From IMG/VR virus record IMGVR_UViG_3300046777_002520, positions 32,001-96,000 of that record: 64,000 nucleotides of DNA, one strand, 5' to 3'. The translations under genes and the position numbers were made by a program. Shown one piece after another: positions 48,469-58,485 of this stretch. Position 1 is the stretch's first letter; every line of letters starts with the position of its first letter. The DNA is from a virus. A model generated the notes under the pieces. It was not told the DNA's origin. It made no database searches and saw nothing but the letters and a program-made list of their open reading frames with translations.

Positions 48469-50934
48469 GTGCCTACTCGTTCTGGTCCTCGCAAAGTATT
48501 CCACGTCGTAGCCTTCCCCCACACGGACACAACTTACAAGCACGTAGCTTGCGCGTACACAGAGAAGTACCGCAAGTTCTGCAACATGATGGTCTCGCTT
48601 GGCCATGTTGTTTACTTGTACGGTGCAGAGGAAACACAAGCCTCTTGCTCCGAGTTCATTCCTTGCTTCTCTGCTGAAGACAAGAAGAAGTACCTGAAGC
48701 CAGACACAATCTGGATCGGGCAGCACGAAGCGTTCAAGGTAATGAACGACCGCGTGATCCACGAGATCAAAAACAGGCAGCACGACAAGAAAGACTTTAT
48801 CTGCACCATGGCTGGCACTCTGCACAAGCCTATTGCAGACGCCTTACCCCACCTGACTACCGTAGAGATCGGCATCGGCTACAGCGGTGTGTTCTCCAGG
48901 TTCAAGATTTTTGAGTCGTACGCTTGGATGCACACCATCTACGGAGCAGCTACAGGTGGTGACGCCTCCAAAACTGACGGTAACTACTTTGACTGCGTCA
49001 TTCCCAACTTCTACGAGATTGAAGACTTCCCGTTCTCGAATGAGAAGGAGGACTACTACCTGTACATGGGTAGGCTTACTTCCCGTAAAGGTATCCAGAT
49101 ACCTGCTGACGTTTGTAAGCATCTGAACAAGAGACTGATTATCGCTGGGGGCGAAGGCACACCTATGACCTACGGCGAATACGTCGGTTTGGTAGACGCC
49201 AAGACGCGTGGCGAGCTGATGAAAAAAGCCAAGGCTATCTTTACGCCTACACAGTACATTGGGCCGTTTGAAGGCACGCACGCTGAAGCCATGTTCTGCG
49301 GAACGCCAGTCATTTCCAGCGATTGGGGTGTGTTCTCAGAGACTAACGTTCACGGTGTTACAGGCTTCAGGTGTCGTACGTACGGAGAGTACATTCAAGC
49401 TGCTCAGAATGCGCATACCTTGTGCCCTACGGAGATCAGGCACTACGCAGCCGATAACTTCTCTACCGTAAACGTCCGTTGGAAGTACGAAGCTTATTTC
49501 GATCAGTTGTTGGACCTGTGGGAAGATGGCTTCTATTCCAAGCGTCAGCACTCATACAACAGGTACGGTCAAAACTATGCTAATGTAATACCTCCTGAAG
49601 AAGCTGTGTTTGCCAGACACGACTTACCAAAAGTTAGCTGCTACTGCCCCACCTACGGGCGTACGCACTGCCTTGAAGAAGCTATCGAGTGCTTCCTCAA
49701 ACAAGACTACAAGGGACCTAAAGAGCTTGTCATCCTCAATGACTACGAAGGCCAAGAGCTTGTGTTTGACCACCCAGAAGTGAAGGTCATCAACGTCAAG
49801 GAGCGCATCAAGCCTCTGGGCAAGAAGTTCAACGAGACTATCAAGCACTGCACGGGCGAAGTGCTATTCTGCTGGGACGATGACGACATCTTCCTACCCA
49901 ACAGAATCTCCTACAGCCTGCAGAAGATGGAACGCGGAGTGTTCTACACTCGCGACGGTTTCTCTGAAGACGCTGAAGGCCAGTACAGCTTGTTCCACCC
50001 CACAGCCGTAGCGCACTCAACCCACGCTTTCAGGCGTGAGGTGTTTGATGCTGTGGGAGGTTACCCAGAGACAGACCATGTAGCCGTGGATCAGTTCTTT
50101 ATCCAGAAGGTAAGGGACTACCTGGGTGGCGACTACTTCCAGAAAATTCCAAATGACAGAATCTTCTACGTCTACAGGTGGGGCAGCATCGGTGCTTACC
50201 ACACCTCGGATTGCGCCAGCAACACGCACAACGTCAGCGACCAGGTAGAAGCCAAGCTGGCCAGGCAGGTATCTGAAGGAACTATTCCCACAGGCAAGAT
50301 CGTTCTGAAGCCAAGGTGGAAGTACAACTACGACCATGTTGCCAAAGCATTCTGGAAACCCAAGATGGAACACATCTGGATGAATCCATGTTTTGGCGAA
50401 CCTTGGTTTAGTTACCCCAATCTCTACACGCAGTTCGTGAATGAGACTCCTCACAATGGGCGTATTATTGAAGTCGGTTCTTGGAAAGGAAAATCTACGG
50501 CTTATCTAGGCGTTGAGGTCATAAATTCCGGTAAAGACATTCATGTAATCGCCGTAGATACGTGGATGGGTTCTCCCAACGAAGACGTTCACCAGAACGA
50601 TCCAGCCGTAAAGGCTGGTACTCTGTATGACCTGTTCATCAAAAACATGGAGCCTATCAACAAGAGCAAGATGGTTGTAACTCCTCTCAGAGCTGACTCT
50701 GTCGAGGCTTCCAAGACAGTAGCTGACGGGTCTGTTGACTGTCTGTTTATTGACGCAGCGCATGACTACGAGAACGTGAAAAAAGACATTACAGCCTGGC
50801 TTCCCAAGGTGAAGAAAGGCGGTATACTGGCTGGGCATGACTGGAGCTGGCACGGAGTAAGGACGGCAGTGCAAGAACTGCTTCCTAACGCTGTGCCTAC
50901 AAATGAGGACTGCTGGGTTTACAGAGTCAACTGA
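48469..50934 (+). CDS. Tri-domain GT4 + GT2 + SAM methyltransferase fusion
   Basis: EAMFCGTPVIS (GT-B); VSCYCPTYGR and WDDDD (GT2); IEVGSWKGKS and FIDAAHDY (Methyltransf_24). Confidence 0.85.
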   Translation: MPTRSGPRKVFHVVAFPHTDTTYKHVACAYTEKYRKFCNMMVSLGHVVYLYGAEETQASCSEFIPCFSAEDKKKYLKPDTIWIGQHEAFKVMNDRVIHEIKNRQHDKKDFICTMAGTLHKPIADALPHLTTVEIGIGYSGVFSRFKIFESYAWMHTIYGAATGGDASKTDGNYFDCVIPNFYEIEDFPFSNEKEDYYLYMGRLTSRKGIQIPADVCKHLNKRLIIAGGEGTPMTYGEYVGLVDAKTRGELMKKAKAIFTPTQYIGPFEGTHAEAMFCGTPVISSDWGVFSETNVHGVTGFRCRTYGEYIQAAQNAHTLCPTEIRHYAADNFSTVNVRWKYEAYFDQLLDLWEDGFYSKRQHSYNRYGQNYANVIPPEEAVFARHDLPKVSCYCPTYGRTHCLEEAIECFLKQDYKGPKELVILNDYEGQELVFDHPEVKVINVKERIKPLGKKFNETIKHCTGEVLFCWDDDDIFLPNRISYSLQKMERGVFYTRDGFSEDAEGQYSLFHPTAVAHSTHAFRREVFDAVGGYPETDHVAVDQFFIQKVRDYLGGDYFQKIPNDRIFYVYRWGSIGAYHTSDCASNTHNVSDQVEAKLARQVSEGTIPTGKIVLKPRWKYNYDHVAKAFWKPKMEHIWMNPCFGEPWFSYPNLYTQFVNETPHNGRIIEVGSWKGKSTAYLGVEVINSGKDIHVIAVDTWMGSPNEDVHQNDPAVKAGTLYDLFIKNMEPINKSKMVVTPLRADSVEASKTVADGSVDCLFIDAAHDYENVKKDITAWLPKVKKGGILAGHDWSWHGVRTAVQELLPNAVPTNEDCWVYRVN

Positions 50935-50948
50935 AAGAAAGGCTAGAC

Positions 50949-52064
50949 GTGGCCAATATAGCCCTGGCGATGATCGTCAAGAATGAAGAGCCGATCATCC
51001 TACGTTGTCTTGAGTCTGTTAAGCCTCTTGTTGACTATGTCTATATCGCGGACACAGGCTCCACAGACAACACAGTCAAGGTCATAGCTGACTGGCTGGC
51101 TGCAAACGGCATAAAAGGCCAGGTCGTACACCATAGCTGGAAAGACTTTGCCTCAAACAGAACCAGAGTGCTGGACGAACTCAGGGACATGCCTGAGATC
51201 GACTACGTACTCACCATAGACGCTGACGAGATACTCACTTACGAAGTCACACCTGCTCAAATAGCAGACTTCAAGAAAGGTATGCACCACGACTTGTACC
51301 GTATCTGTTGCAGATATGGCAGCGTTGAGTACATGCGCGACAACGTCCTGAAGAACTCGTTGCCTTACTACTACAAAGGCATCATCCATGAGTTCCTGGA
51401 GTGCAAAGTACCAGCCAAGAACCAGGCCATACTCAAGGGCGTCTTCAACGTGCCCATCCAGGACTCAGCCAGGAATGCTGACCCTGAAAAGATACGCAAG
51501 GACGCTGAACGGCTTGAAGAGATAATCAAAACAGAAACTGATCCTTACATGTTGGCCAGGTACACGTTTTACCTAGGCCAGTCCTACCGCGACTGTAAAG
51601 AGCCGCATAAGGCCATAGAGGCTTACGCCAAGAGAATGTACCTGCAAGGCTGGGACCAGGAAAGGTACGTATCTCTGATACAGTCAGCGATGCTCAAGGA
51701 AGACCTGCACTTCCCAGCTGCTGAGATTCTCAACCAGTATCTGCTAGCCAGGGAGATATGCCCTCACAGGGCTGAGGACCTGTATAGAGCTGCCAAGTAC
51801 TGCTACTCAAACGGCAGGCCTCACCTGGCTCTGGCGTTCATCAAACAAGCCATGACGATTCCGCATCCTGTAGAGGGATTGTTTCTTGAGGACTGGATCT
51901 GGCAGTACGGTATGCTGGATGCTTTGATGGTGTGCAAGCATCAACTCGGTCATAACGACGAGAGTCTTGCTATAGCCAAAGAACTGCTGACAATAGCTCC
52001 TGAAAAGGAACTGGACAGGCTTAGGAAAAATGTAGAATATCTTGAAAGCCTGTCTAAGCAGTGA
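50949..52064 (+). CDS. GT2 glycosyltransferase with TPR repeats
   Basis: MIVKNEE, DTGSTDNT, DADE, IHE, RYTFYLGQSY. Confidence 0.85.
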   Translation: MANIALAMIVKNEEPIILRCLESVKPLVDYVYIADTGSTDNTVKVIADWLAANGIKGQVVHHSWKDFASNRTRVLDELRDMPEIDYVLTIDADEILTYEVTPAQIADFKKGMHHDLYRICCRYGSVEYMRDNVLKNSLPYYYKGIIHEFLECKVPAKNQAILKGVFNVPIQDSARNADPEKIRKDAERLEEIIKTETDPYMLARYTFYLGQSYRDCKEPHKAIEAYAKRMYLQGWDQERYVSLIQSAMLKEDLHFPAAEILNQYLLAREICPHRAEDLYRAAKYCYSNGRPHLALAFIKQAMTIPHPVEGLFLEDWIWQYGMLDALMVCKHQLGHNDESLAIAKELLTIAPEKELDRLRKNVEYLESLSKQ

Positions 52065-52070
52065 GGGCAA

Positions 52071-52937
52071 GTGATGGAAGTCCTCTTCGTAAACGACTTC
52101 AAAAAGCCCGACTACCTCAACGACATGATTTACCACGGACTCAAGAGTCTGTGGAATCTGTCCGTAAGCGAGACCAGCTACCCAAGCTACATGAGTCGTG
52201 ACTACCCCAGCAAAGCAAAGCTGTATGGTAGAGGGTTTACGCTGTACGCCAGCATGAAGACTGACACGCATCTGGAGATAGAGGAAACAATACTGCAAAA
52301 GATAAGCGACAAGTTTTACGATTTGGTCATATACGGCAGCATAAAGCGCTGCAGCTATTTTGTAGACTTTGTCACCAGTGTTTACGACAAAAGCAAAGTT
52401 GTGTTCCTGGACGGTGAGGACGAATGGTTCATCAGCAGACCAGACCTTGTCGGCAAAGGGCATTACTTCAAACGCGAGCTGCTGGAACCTGTAGAAAACG
52501 TTCATCCCATAGGCTTCAGCATTCCCAGCAGGCATCTTGTCTCAGTGATTCCAGAGAAGGAAAAGCTGATGGCAGACGTTAACGTGCAGGCTTACAGAAA
52601 CTACGAGTACGCCTCTGAGACTGAGTACCACGCGGAATACAGACGGTCTTACTTCGGTCGCACGACCAAGAAAGTGGGTTGGGACTGCCTACGCCACTAC
52701 GAGATCATGGCCAACGGCTGCGTGCCTCTGTTTGAGGATATCGAGCTTTGTCCTCCCACAGTCCTGACAGACTTTCCTAAAGAGCTGCTGGCGAAGGCCA
52801 GGAGCGTGTTCCATCCCCAGATGGTTCCAGACCAGAAGCAATACGCTGACACCGTTTACGCTTTGTTGCAGCACATGGACAAGCATTGCACCACTGTCGC
52901 CGCAGCCAGGAAACTGATTGAAAGGGTCACCCAGTGA
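52071..52937 (+). CDS. GT-B-type glycosyltransferase
   Basis: FLDGED, YFKRE, GWDCLRHYEIMANGCVP. Confidence 0.7.
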   Translation: MMEVLFVNDFKKPDYLNDMIYHGLKSLWNLSVSETSYPSYMSRDYPSKAKLYGRGFTLYASMKTDTHLEIEETILQKISDKFYDLVIYGSIKRCSYFVDFVTSVYDKSKVVFLDGEDEWFISRPDLVGKGHYFKRELLEPVENVHPIGFSIPSRHLVSVIPEKEKLMADVNVQAYRNYEYASETEYHAEYRRSYFGRTTKKVGWDCLRHYEIMANGCVPLFEDIELCPPTVLTDFPKELLAKARSVFHPQMVPDQKQYADTVYALLQHMDKHCTTVAAARKLIERVTQ

Positions 52938-53806
52938 TCAAAGACATAGCCATCTCTGTTGTCCGACCCAAGAACTACGTACACTCTGATTGCTTCAACC
53001 CTGTCATATCCTGCCTGTGTCACGCCTTGAAGATAAAGGGATACAACCCAGAAGTTCTCTTTAACGTTTACACGTCAGACAAGCCAAGCATCATTATCGG
53101 TGCTCACCTTCTTGACAAGCCCAGCGAGCTGGCTGACCTGAAGAAGTCAGTGATTTACAACTTCGAGCAGATTTCTCCAGAGTCGCACTGGATAAGCAAA
53201 GACTACTTCCAAGCGCTTCTGGCTAGGCCCTACATTGATTACAGTATTGCAAATATAAATAGCGCATTTGCTATAAACAGAAATATAGTTGCAAGGCATC
53301 TGCCCTTTGCTTACGAGTCGCCTATGGACTACTCGTACGTGACCAGGGATGCCTTCAGGGTGAAGCCCAAGGACATAGATGTCCTGTTCTTTGGCAGCAT
53401 GAACGACAGACGCGCCAAGGTTATAGACCAACTGAAGAACATGGGTTTGAACGTGCAGGCTGTGTTTGGGGTTTACGGTCCTGAGCTGAGCGTGCTGATT
53501 CACAGATCCAAGGTGGTGCTGAACATGCACTACTACGAGTCATCGATATTTGAGGCTGTTAGGGTTCTGCCTTTGCTAGCATCAAGAATACCTGTAATAT
53601 CAGAGCAGTCTGTAGACGACTCGGACTACAGCTACCTGAACCCACCATTTGGAATACAGTGCGCAACTTACGAAAGCCTGGCTTCTACCTGCAAAGTGTT
53701 CGTTGAAGACAGCGACGTTAGAGCACTGCTTGCCGACACGGGTTACTCTAATGTGAAGCTTAAGACTATGTCACAGTCAATTGAAAATATAGCGAGCCTA
53801 CTATGA
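52934..53806 (+). CDS. GT-B (Glyco_trans_1_2-like) glycosyltransferase
   Basis: DIDVLFFGSMNDRR, SKVVLNMH, FEAVRV, VISE. Confidence 0.8.
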   Translation: MIKDIAISVVRPKNYVHSDCFNPVISCLCHALKIKGYNPEVLFNVYTSDKPSIIIGAHLLDKPSELADLKKSVIYNFEQISPESHWISKDYFQALLARPYIDYSIANINSAFAINRNIVARHLPFAYESPMDYSYVTRDAFRVKPKDIDVLFFGSMNDRRAKVIDQLKNMGLNVQAVFGVYGPELSVLIHRSKVVLNMHYYESSIFEAVRVLPLLASRIPVISEQSVDDSDYSYLNPPFGIQCATYESLASTCKVFVEDSDVRALLADTGYSNVKLKTMSQSIENIASLL

Positions 53807-54525
53807 CACCTAATCTGGTCAGTTGCTACTGCCCTACTTACGGCAGAGTACACTGCCTGGAAGAGGCTGTAGAGTGCTTTCTTCGTCAGGACTACAAAGG
53901 CCCCAAGGAGCTTGTAATCCTGAACGACTACGCAGATCAGAACATTTCCTTTGATCACCCAGAAGTGAAGGTGTTCAATCTGCCCTACAGGATAAAACCT
54001 CTGGGTGCGAAGTTTAACGCCACCGTATCCCTATGCTCTGGAGATGTTCTAGTTTGCTGGGAAGACGATGACATCTATCTCCCCAACAGAATATCGCTCA
54101 GTTTGGAACTCATGCAGGACGGTGTGTTCCACACCAACACTGGTTTCTTTGAAGTGTCTCCCAAGCAGACAAGGCTTGAGTCAAACCTGTTCCACGCCAC
54201 GCATACGATCACCAAGGAGCTGTTCGACTCAGTAGGCGGCTATCCAGAAAAAGACCAATGCAGCATAGACCTGGAGTTCATGAACAGAGTGCGCGATAAG
54301 CTTGGAAAGGTATACTCTGTTCAGCTGACTAAGGAGCAGGCTTTTTACATCTATCGCTGGAGCACTGTTGCGTCCTATCACGGTTCTGGCTGGGGTCCAG
54401 AAAAGCTGGATGTCAGCGAAGCCGTAGAGAGCGTCGTTGAGAATCAGGTCAAGCGGGGACTAGCGCCTACAGGCAACGTGACGCTCAAGCCGCGTTGGAG
54501 CTACGAGTACGGCGACTTTGTGTAG
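53803..54525 (+). CDS. GT2 glycosyltransferase, paralogue of the middle domain of 48469..50934
   Basis: VSCYCPTYGR.HCLEEA.ECFL.QDYKGPKELVILNDY. Confidence 0.85.
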   Translation: MTPNLVSCYCPTYGRVHCLEEAVECFLRQDYKGPKELVILNDYADQNISFDHPEVKVFNLPYRIKPLGAKFNATVSLCSGDVLVCWEDDDIYLPNRISLSLELMQDGVFHTNTGFFEVSPKQTRLESNLFHATHTITKELFDSVGGYPEKDQCSIDLEFMNRVRDKLGKVYSVQLTKEQAFYIYRWSTVASYHGSGWGPEKLDVSEAVESVVENQVKRGLAPTGNVTLKPRWSYEYGDFV

Positions 54526-54536
54526 AGGACTGGGCC

Positions 54537-55160
54537 ATGGCTTTCGTGGACGACATGTACGAGCAAGCGCTTACAGCTGAATACAGCGTGGACATCCGTG
54601 AGCATCTTTCCACGCTCAGGGAGTACGCGGCCAAGTGCGACACGGTTACCGAGCTTGGCGTGCGTTGGGTTGTCAGCACCTGGGCTTTTCTGGCAGGCAG
54701 GCCCAAATCACTTAGAAGCTTCGACATCACGCACATCTCTAACTACGGCAAGTCAGAGGAAGAAATAAAAAAAGCTGCAAGTGATATAAACGTATCGTTC
54801 AGCTTCTATAACGAGAATGTGTTAACCACAGAGAACATAATTGAGACGGATTTGTTATTTATCGACACTTTGCACAGCTACAAGCAATTGAAGATGGAGC
54901 TCAAGCTGCACGTCAGCAAGGTGAGGAAGTACCTCATATTCCATGACGTTGTGACATTTGGAGAGTCAGACGAGGCTGTTGTTGTTGAGAGCCCTGACTG
55001 GCCTGAGGATCTGAAAGACTACTTCAGGTCTCTGCCTGAAGGATACGGCATCAACAAAGCCATCGTTGAGCTGCTCACGGAAGACAGGGCGTGGCGCGCT
55101 GAAAGGCTGTTCTCCAACAACAACGGCTTGCTCATACTTTCGAGGTTGTCTGATGCCTAA
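54537..55160 (+). CDS. Methyltransf_24-like SAM methyltransferase
   Basis: TELGVRW, LLFIDTLHSY, FHDV. Start ATG 54537. Confidence 0.8.
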   Translation: MAFVDDMYEQALTAEYSVDIREHLSTLREYAAKCDTVTELGVRWVVSTWAFLAGRPKSLRSFDITHISNYGKSEEEIKKAASDINVSFSFYNENVLTTENIIETDLLFIDTLHSYKQLKMELKLHVSKVRKYLIFHDVVTFGESDEAVVVESPDWPEDLKDYFRSLPEGYGINKAIVELLTEDRAWRAERLFSNNNGLLILSRLSDA

Positions 55161-55407
55161 CATCGACGGAAAGACAGTAACCAAGTTTGCCCTGCTGTTT
55201 ACCTTGGTAGCGCTACTGGCTTACGACTTGTTCGCGGTTTACAGGTACGGATTCGACGGAACAATCAGTGTAGTGGTATTTACGCTGGCGAAGAGTGCGC
55301 CTATCATTCCCTTTTTGGCTGGTGTCGTAGTAGGGCACCTGTTCTGGCCTATAGAGGGTAACTATGCTGACTCAGGAAGAGATTCAGGTAAGAATAACCA
55401 AAAATGA
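55153..55407 (+). CDS. Two-TM membrane protein (holin-like size)
   Basis: Start ATG 55153; two hydrophobic segments. Confidence 0.6.
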   Translation: MPNIDGKTVTKFALLFTLVALLAYDLFAVYRYGFDGTISVVVFTLAKSAPIIPFLAGVVVGHLFWPIEGNYADSGRDSGKNNQK

Positions 55408-55861
55408 AGAGGTCTCTACTTTCTACTACAGGCTGCATGTCCCAGAGAGCCTAGCCTGTGCTTACGACTTCGACGGCATCTTCTGTGAAGAGTGTCCCTC
55501 TGAGTACAAGGGCAACGACGAAGCGTATTACAAGTTTCTCTGCACAGCCAATCCTCTGTACTACCCAGACAAGGGGTATGTGCCTTTTATCATCACAGGC
55601 AGGCATATGCGCTACAGGGAGATCACCGAGAGGTGGCTCAAGCAGAACAAGATAACTTACGGCTACATGATAATGCGTGACTTCAACGTCACAGTCGAGA
55701 ACTCAACAGAGCTGATAGGTAATTACAAAGCAGAGTGCTACAAAAAGTACGGCTACGACCTTTTCATTGAAAGCAGAATGAAGCAAGCCAAGATCATCCA
55801 CGAGGCTACAGGCAAACCTGTGTTCTGCCCTGTAGGTCCTGTCATGTTGACCAAGAACTAA
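55364..55861 (+). CDS. HAD-superfamily phosphatase
   Basis: YDFDG motif I, IITGR motif II, LFIES. Confidence 0.7.
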   Translation: MLTQEEIQVRITKNEEVSTFYYRLHVPESLACAYDFDGIFCEECPSEYKGNDEAYYKFLCTANPLYYPDKGYVPFIITGRHMRYREITERWLKQNKITYGYMIMRDFNVTVENSTELIGNYKAECYKKYGYDLFIESRMKQAKIIHEATGKPVFCPVGPVMLTKN

Positions 55862-55880
55862 GATAACGATATGCTAATAA

Positions 55881-56432
55881 ATGAACCCAAGGAGCAACAC
55901 TATGAATTCGTTTCAAGTGTGGTGTTGCACAGAACGGGCTCTAAAGCTGAAACTGGGTTCTCTGCGCAACATCGAAATCCTGGCGCTCTTCCACGGCCCT
56001 TGGTGGTGGATATGCCGATACGGAGCAGAAGTCCGTTACAAACCTGGCAAGCTTAAATTCGCTTACGGTCCTGTAGCCGATTCAAATAGAGCAGTAGAGG
56101 AGGAAAACCCCATGTTGATTCTTACCGATAGCCAGAAAGTTACCCTGTCCATCAAGCCTGTCAGCAAGGCTGGCAATCCCGCTCCCATCGACGGGCTGCC
56201 CGTGTGGAGCCTTAGCTGCGAAGACCACCTCAAGCTGGAGCTGTCTGAGGACGGCATGAGCGTCACAGCCACAGCTCTCGGCAAGCTTGGTGTCTGCCAA
56301 GTGAATGTCAAAGTTGACGCAGACCTTGGCGATGGTGTCGAAGAGATCTTCGGGTCTGTTGACATTGAGGTGAAGGCTGGCAAGGCCGTCAACCTCGGTA
56401 TCGACGCTGGCGCTCCTGAAGAAGTTGGCTAA
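55881..56432 (+). CDS. Ig-like beta-sandwich protein (strong internal start at 56112)
   Basis: GAGGAGG RBS before ATG 56112 (MLILTDSQKVTLSIKP...); upstream frame stays open for 77 codons. Confidence 0.6.
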   Translation: MNPRSNTMNSFQVWCCTERALKLKLGSLRNIEILALFHGPWWWICRYGAEVRYKPGKLKFAYGPVADSNRAVEEENPMLILTDSQKVTLSIKPVSKAGNPAPIDGLPVWSLSCEDHLKLELSEDGMSVTATALGKLGVCQVNVKVDADLGDGVEEIFGSVDIEVKAGKAVNLGIDAGAPEEVG

Positions 56433-56457
56433 TATTACTTAGCCCTATAAACCACAG

Positions 56458-56488
56458 AGCCAGACAGGGTGTACCTGTCTGGCTTTTT
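56458..56488 (+). terminator. Intrinsic terminator
   Basis: AGCCAGACAGG pairs with CCTGTCTGGCT (11 bp), followed by a T tract. Confidence 0.85.
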
Positions 56489-56525
56489 CTTTTAAAATAA
56501 AGCTAAACCTTGAAAGGAGTTAAAA

Positions 56526-57293
56526 ATGATAACAGTAAACTATCGCGGCCTGAGTTTCAAACTGCCAAAGCAAGACACGCTGTTTAGAACGAAGATCCAC
56601 AGATTTGTGGACGAAGTTCCTGATACCGTGAAGTTGGCCAACATTCAGCCAGGAGGCGTTTTCTTTGAGATAGGTTTGTGTTTTGGCGTAAGCAGCATAA
56701 CTGCAGTCAAGACTGGGCTGTTCAGAAAAGCACTAGCCATGGAAGCAGACAGAGGCAACTGCACTCTAGCTGCGATAAACAAAGAGCTCAACAAAGCAGA
56801 TGTTACCATTTATCCTTATGCAGCTAGCGACGTAAGTGGTAAAGGCAGCATCAAGCTTAACTCAAAAGCTAACATAGGCGGCAGCGTGGTTCTTCACAAA
56901 GACACAGGTGCAAACGTCATAGACCTGATAACCATAGACGACCTTATAGAGAAAGAAAAAATAGATGTTAATGAGATCACCTTCGTGTGGTGCGACGCAC
57001 AAGGCAGTGAAGGTAGACTTATCAAAGGAGCTTCAAAGCTCTTAGCGAGGAAAATACCTTGGACTATAGAAGTAGCTCCAGAGCTTCTAGAGAATTTAGG
57101 CACCAGCAAGGAAGAGCTACTTTCTCTGGTAGCGCCTCATTTCAAATCTGTCATAGACCTTAAGGACACTACAGCCGCTGTAAGGCCTGTATCAGATATC
57201 GTGGACATTTTCTCTTATTACAAAGAACTACGCAAACCGATAGGCGATGGAAAAACTAAGGCGTCTCACACCAACGTACTGCTTGTTCCTTAA
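56526..57293 (+). CDS. FkbM-family methyltransferase
   Basis: FEIGLCFG, MEAD..N, WCDAQGSE. Confidence 0.8.
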   Translation: MITVNYRGLSFKLPKQDTLFRTKIHRFVDEVPDTVKLANIQPGGVFFEIGLCFGVSSITAVKTGLFRKALAMEADRGNCTLAAINKELNKADVTIYPYAASDVSGKGSIKLNSKANIGGSVVLHKDTGANVIDLITIDDLIEKEKIDVNEITFVWCDAQGSEGRLIKGASKLLARKIPWTIEVAPELLENLGTSKEELLSLVAPHFKSVIDLKDTTAAVRPVSDIVDIFSYYKELRKPIGDGKTKASHTNVLLVP

Positions 57294-57315
57294 TTGTTTA
57301 AACAAGTGCTAAGAA

Positions 57316-57456
57316 AAACTCGTCGAATTTTATGTGAATTTTCGACGAGTTTTGCCTCAGCCTGAGCATCCAATAAGCTTTTTGCTTATAATTTACTAAA
57401 GTCTAGTTTATAACAGCAGAAACTCGTCGCAAAATCGACGTTTTTACGACGAGTTT
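57316..57456. repeat. Twin 37-bp palindromes AAACTCGTCG-N17-CGACGAGTTT
   Basis: Copies at 57316-57352 and 57420-57456 in an AT-rich intergenic region. Confidence 0.85.
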
Positions 57457-57503
57457 GACCCCCACCGCGTACTGCAGATAATAACCCAGAGGTTTACACT
57501 GAG

Positions 57504-57698
57504 ATGTTAGAGGCTCTGATCACCCAAGCTATTAACTTAGTTGATGGTCAAACCAGCAGTCGTATAGTTTTGGGACTCAACTGGCTGGCTCAGCACTACA
57601 ACGAGCTGCTGACCATGGTCAGGTGGACGGTACCTTGCGTAATAACATCTGGTGTATTATTCTGTTTGTTGGTGCCAACAGTTGAATTAAGGGAGTAA
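57504..57698 (+). CDS. Small membrane protein
   Basis: Hydrophobic C-terminal segment. Confidence 0.5.
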   Translation: MLEALITQAINLVDGQTSSRIVLGLNWLAQHYNELLTMVRWTVPCVITSGVLFCLLVPTVELRE

Positions 57699-57702
57699 CG
57701 CG

Positions 57703-58485
57703 ATGCTGTCTCTGTTTCTGGCGCTTGTTCTCAACCAAGCGCCTGTTCCCAAGGTAGAAGTAGACGCCGTAATTACTGGCGAACCCAACAACTTCATTAC
57801 AGTGCTGCCCAAGACTAACGGTAAAACTGTAAAGTACGCCTATATCGATAAAGGCCTGAACATTTTCCCTTCGGCGCTTCTGTCCAATCCACTCGCCACC
57901 GTTGTCACGGCTCCCAAAGGCAAGTACCGCCTGCTGGCTTACACAGCCTTGGGTGATGTGCCTTCTGACCCTGCCATCATCGTTATCAATATTGGTAATG
58001 TTCCAGACAGCGCCCCGTTCGGCCCGTACAACCCTGCTCCCCTGCCTCCAGCTCCCGTACCTCCGACTCCTCCCACGCCTCCTGGCCCCATGCCTCCTGA
58101 GCCCGTACCGCCTCAGCCTGAGGACGCTCTGGAGAACTCTTTGAGAGCTATCTACGGAGGATTGCAGGAGCAGGGTATGTCTCTTAAAGTGGCCAAGCTT
58201 GCTGCTATCTACAGGGAAGCAGCCAGAGCAGCGTTGAACACCGACACAGACCCCAGCACAGGAAAGCCCTACTACCGTACTGTCGGTGACGTTTACACCA
58301 AGGTGAACTCGCTGGGTGTGGGGGCGCTTACCAACAACGACATCTTTGACATTCGTGATCGTATTCGCGTTGAGTTCAATTCCACACTTCCCAGAAACGG
58401 CACCATCGTTCTTGACGACAACATTCGCAAGAACCTGGCTGGGCAGTTTTCTCGCGTAGCCGCCATCCTGGAGCAACTGAAATGA
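57703..58485 (+). CDS. Secreted/periplasmic protein with signal peptide and Pro-rich linker
   Basis: MLSLFLALVLNQA signal; PAPVPPTPPTPPGP linker; GGGAG RBS. Confidence 0.7.
   Translation: MLSLFLALVLNQAPVPKVEVDAVITGEPNNFITVLPKTNGKTVKYAYIDKGLNIFPSALLSNPLATVVTAPKGKYRLLAYTALGDVPSDPAIIVINIGNVPDSAPFGPYNPAPLPPAPVPPTPPTPPGPMPPEPVPPQPEDALENSLRAIYGGLQEQGMSLKVAKLAAIYREAARAALNTDTDPSTGKPYYRTVGDVYTKVNSLGVGALTNNDIFDIRDRIRVEFNSTLPRNGTIVLDDNIRKNLAGQFSRVAAILEQLK

Noticed and set aside
57316-57456. CRISPR mini-array (two 37-bp repeats with a 67-bp spacer)
   Set aside because: Only the arms are conserved while the 17-nt centres differ; no third repeat or cas gene.
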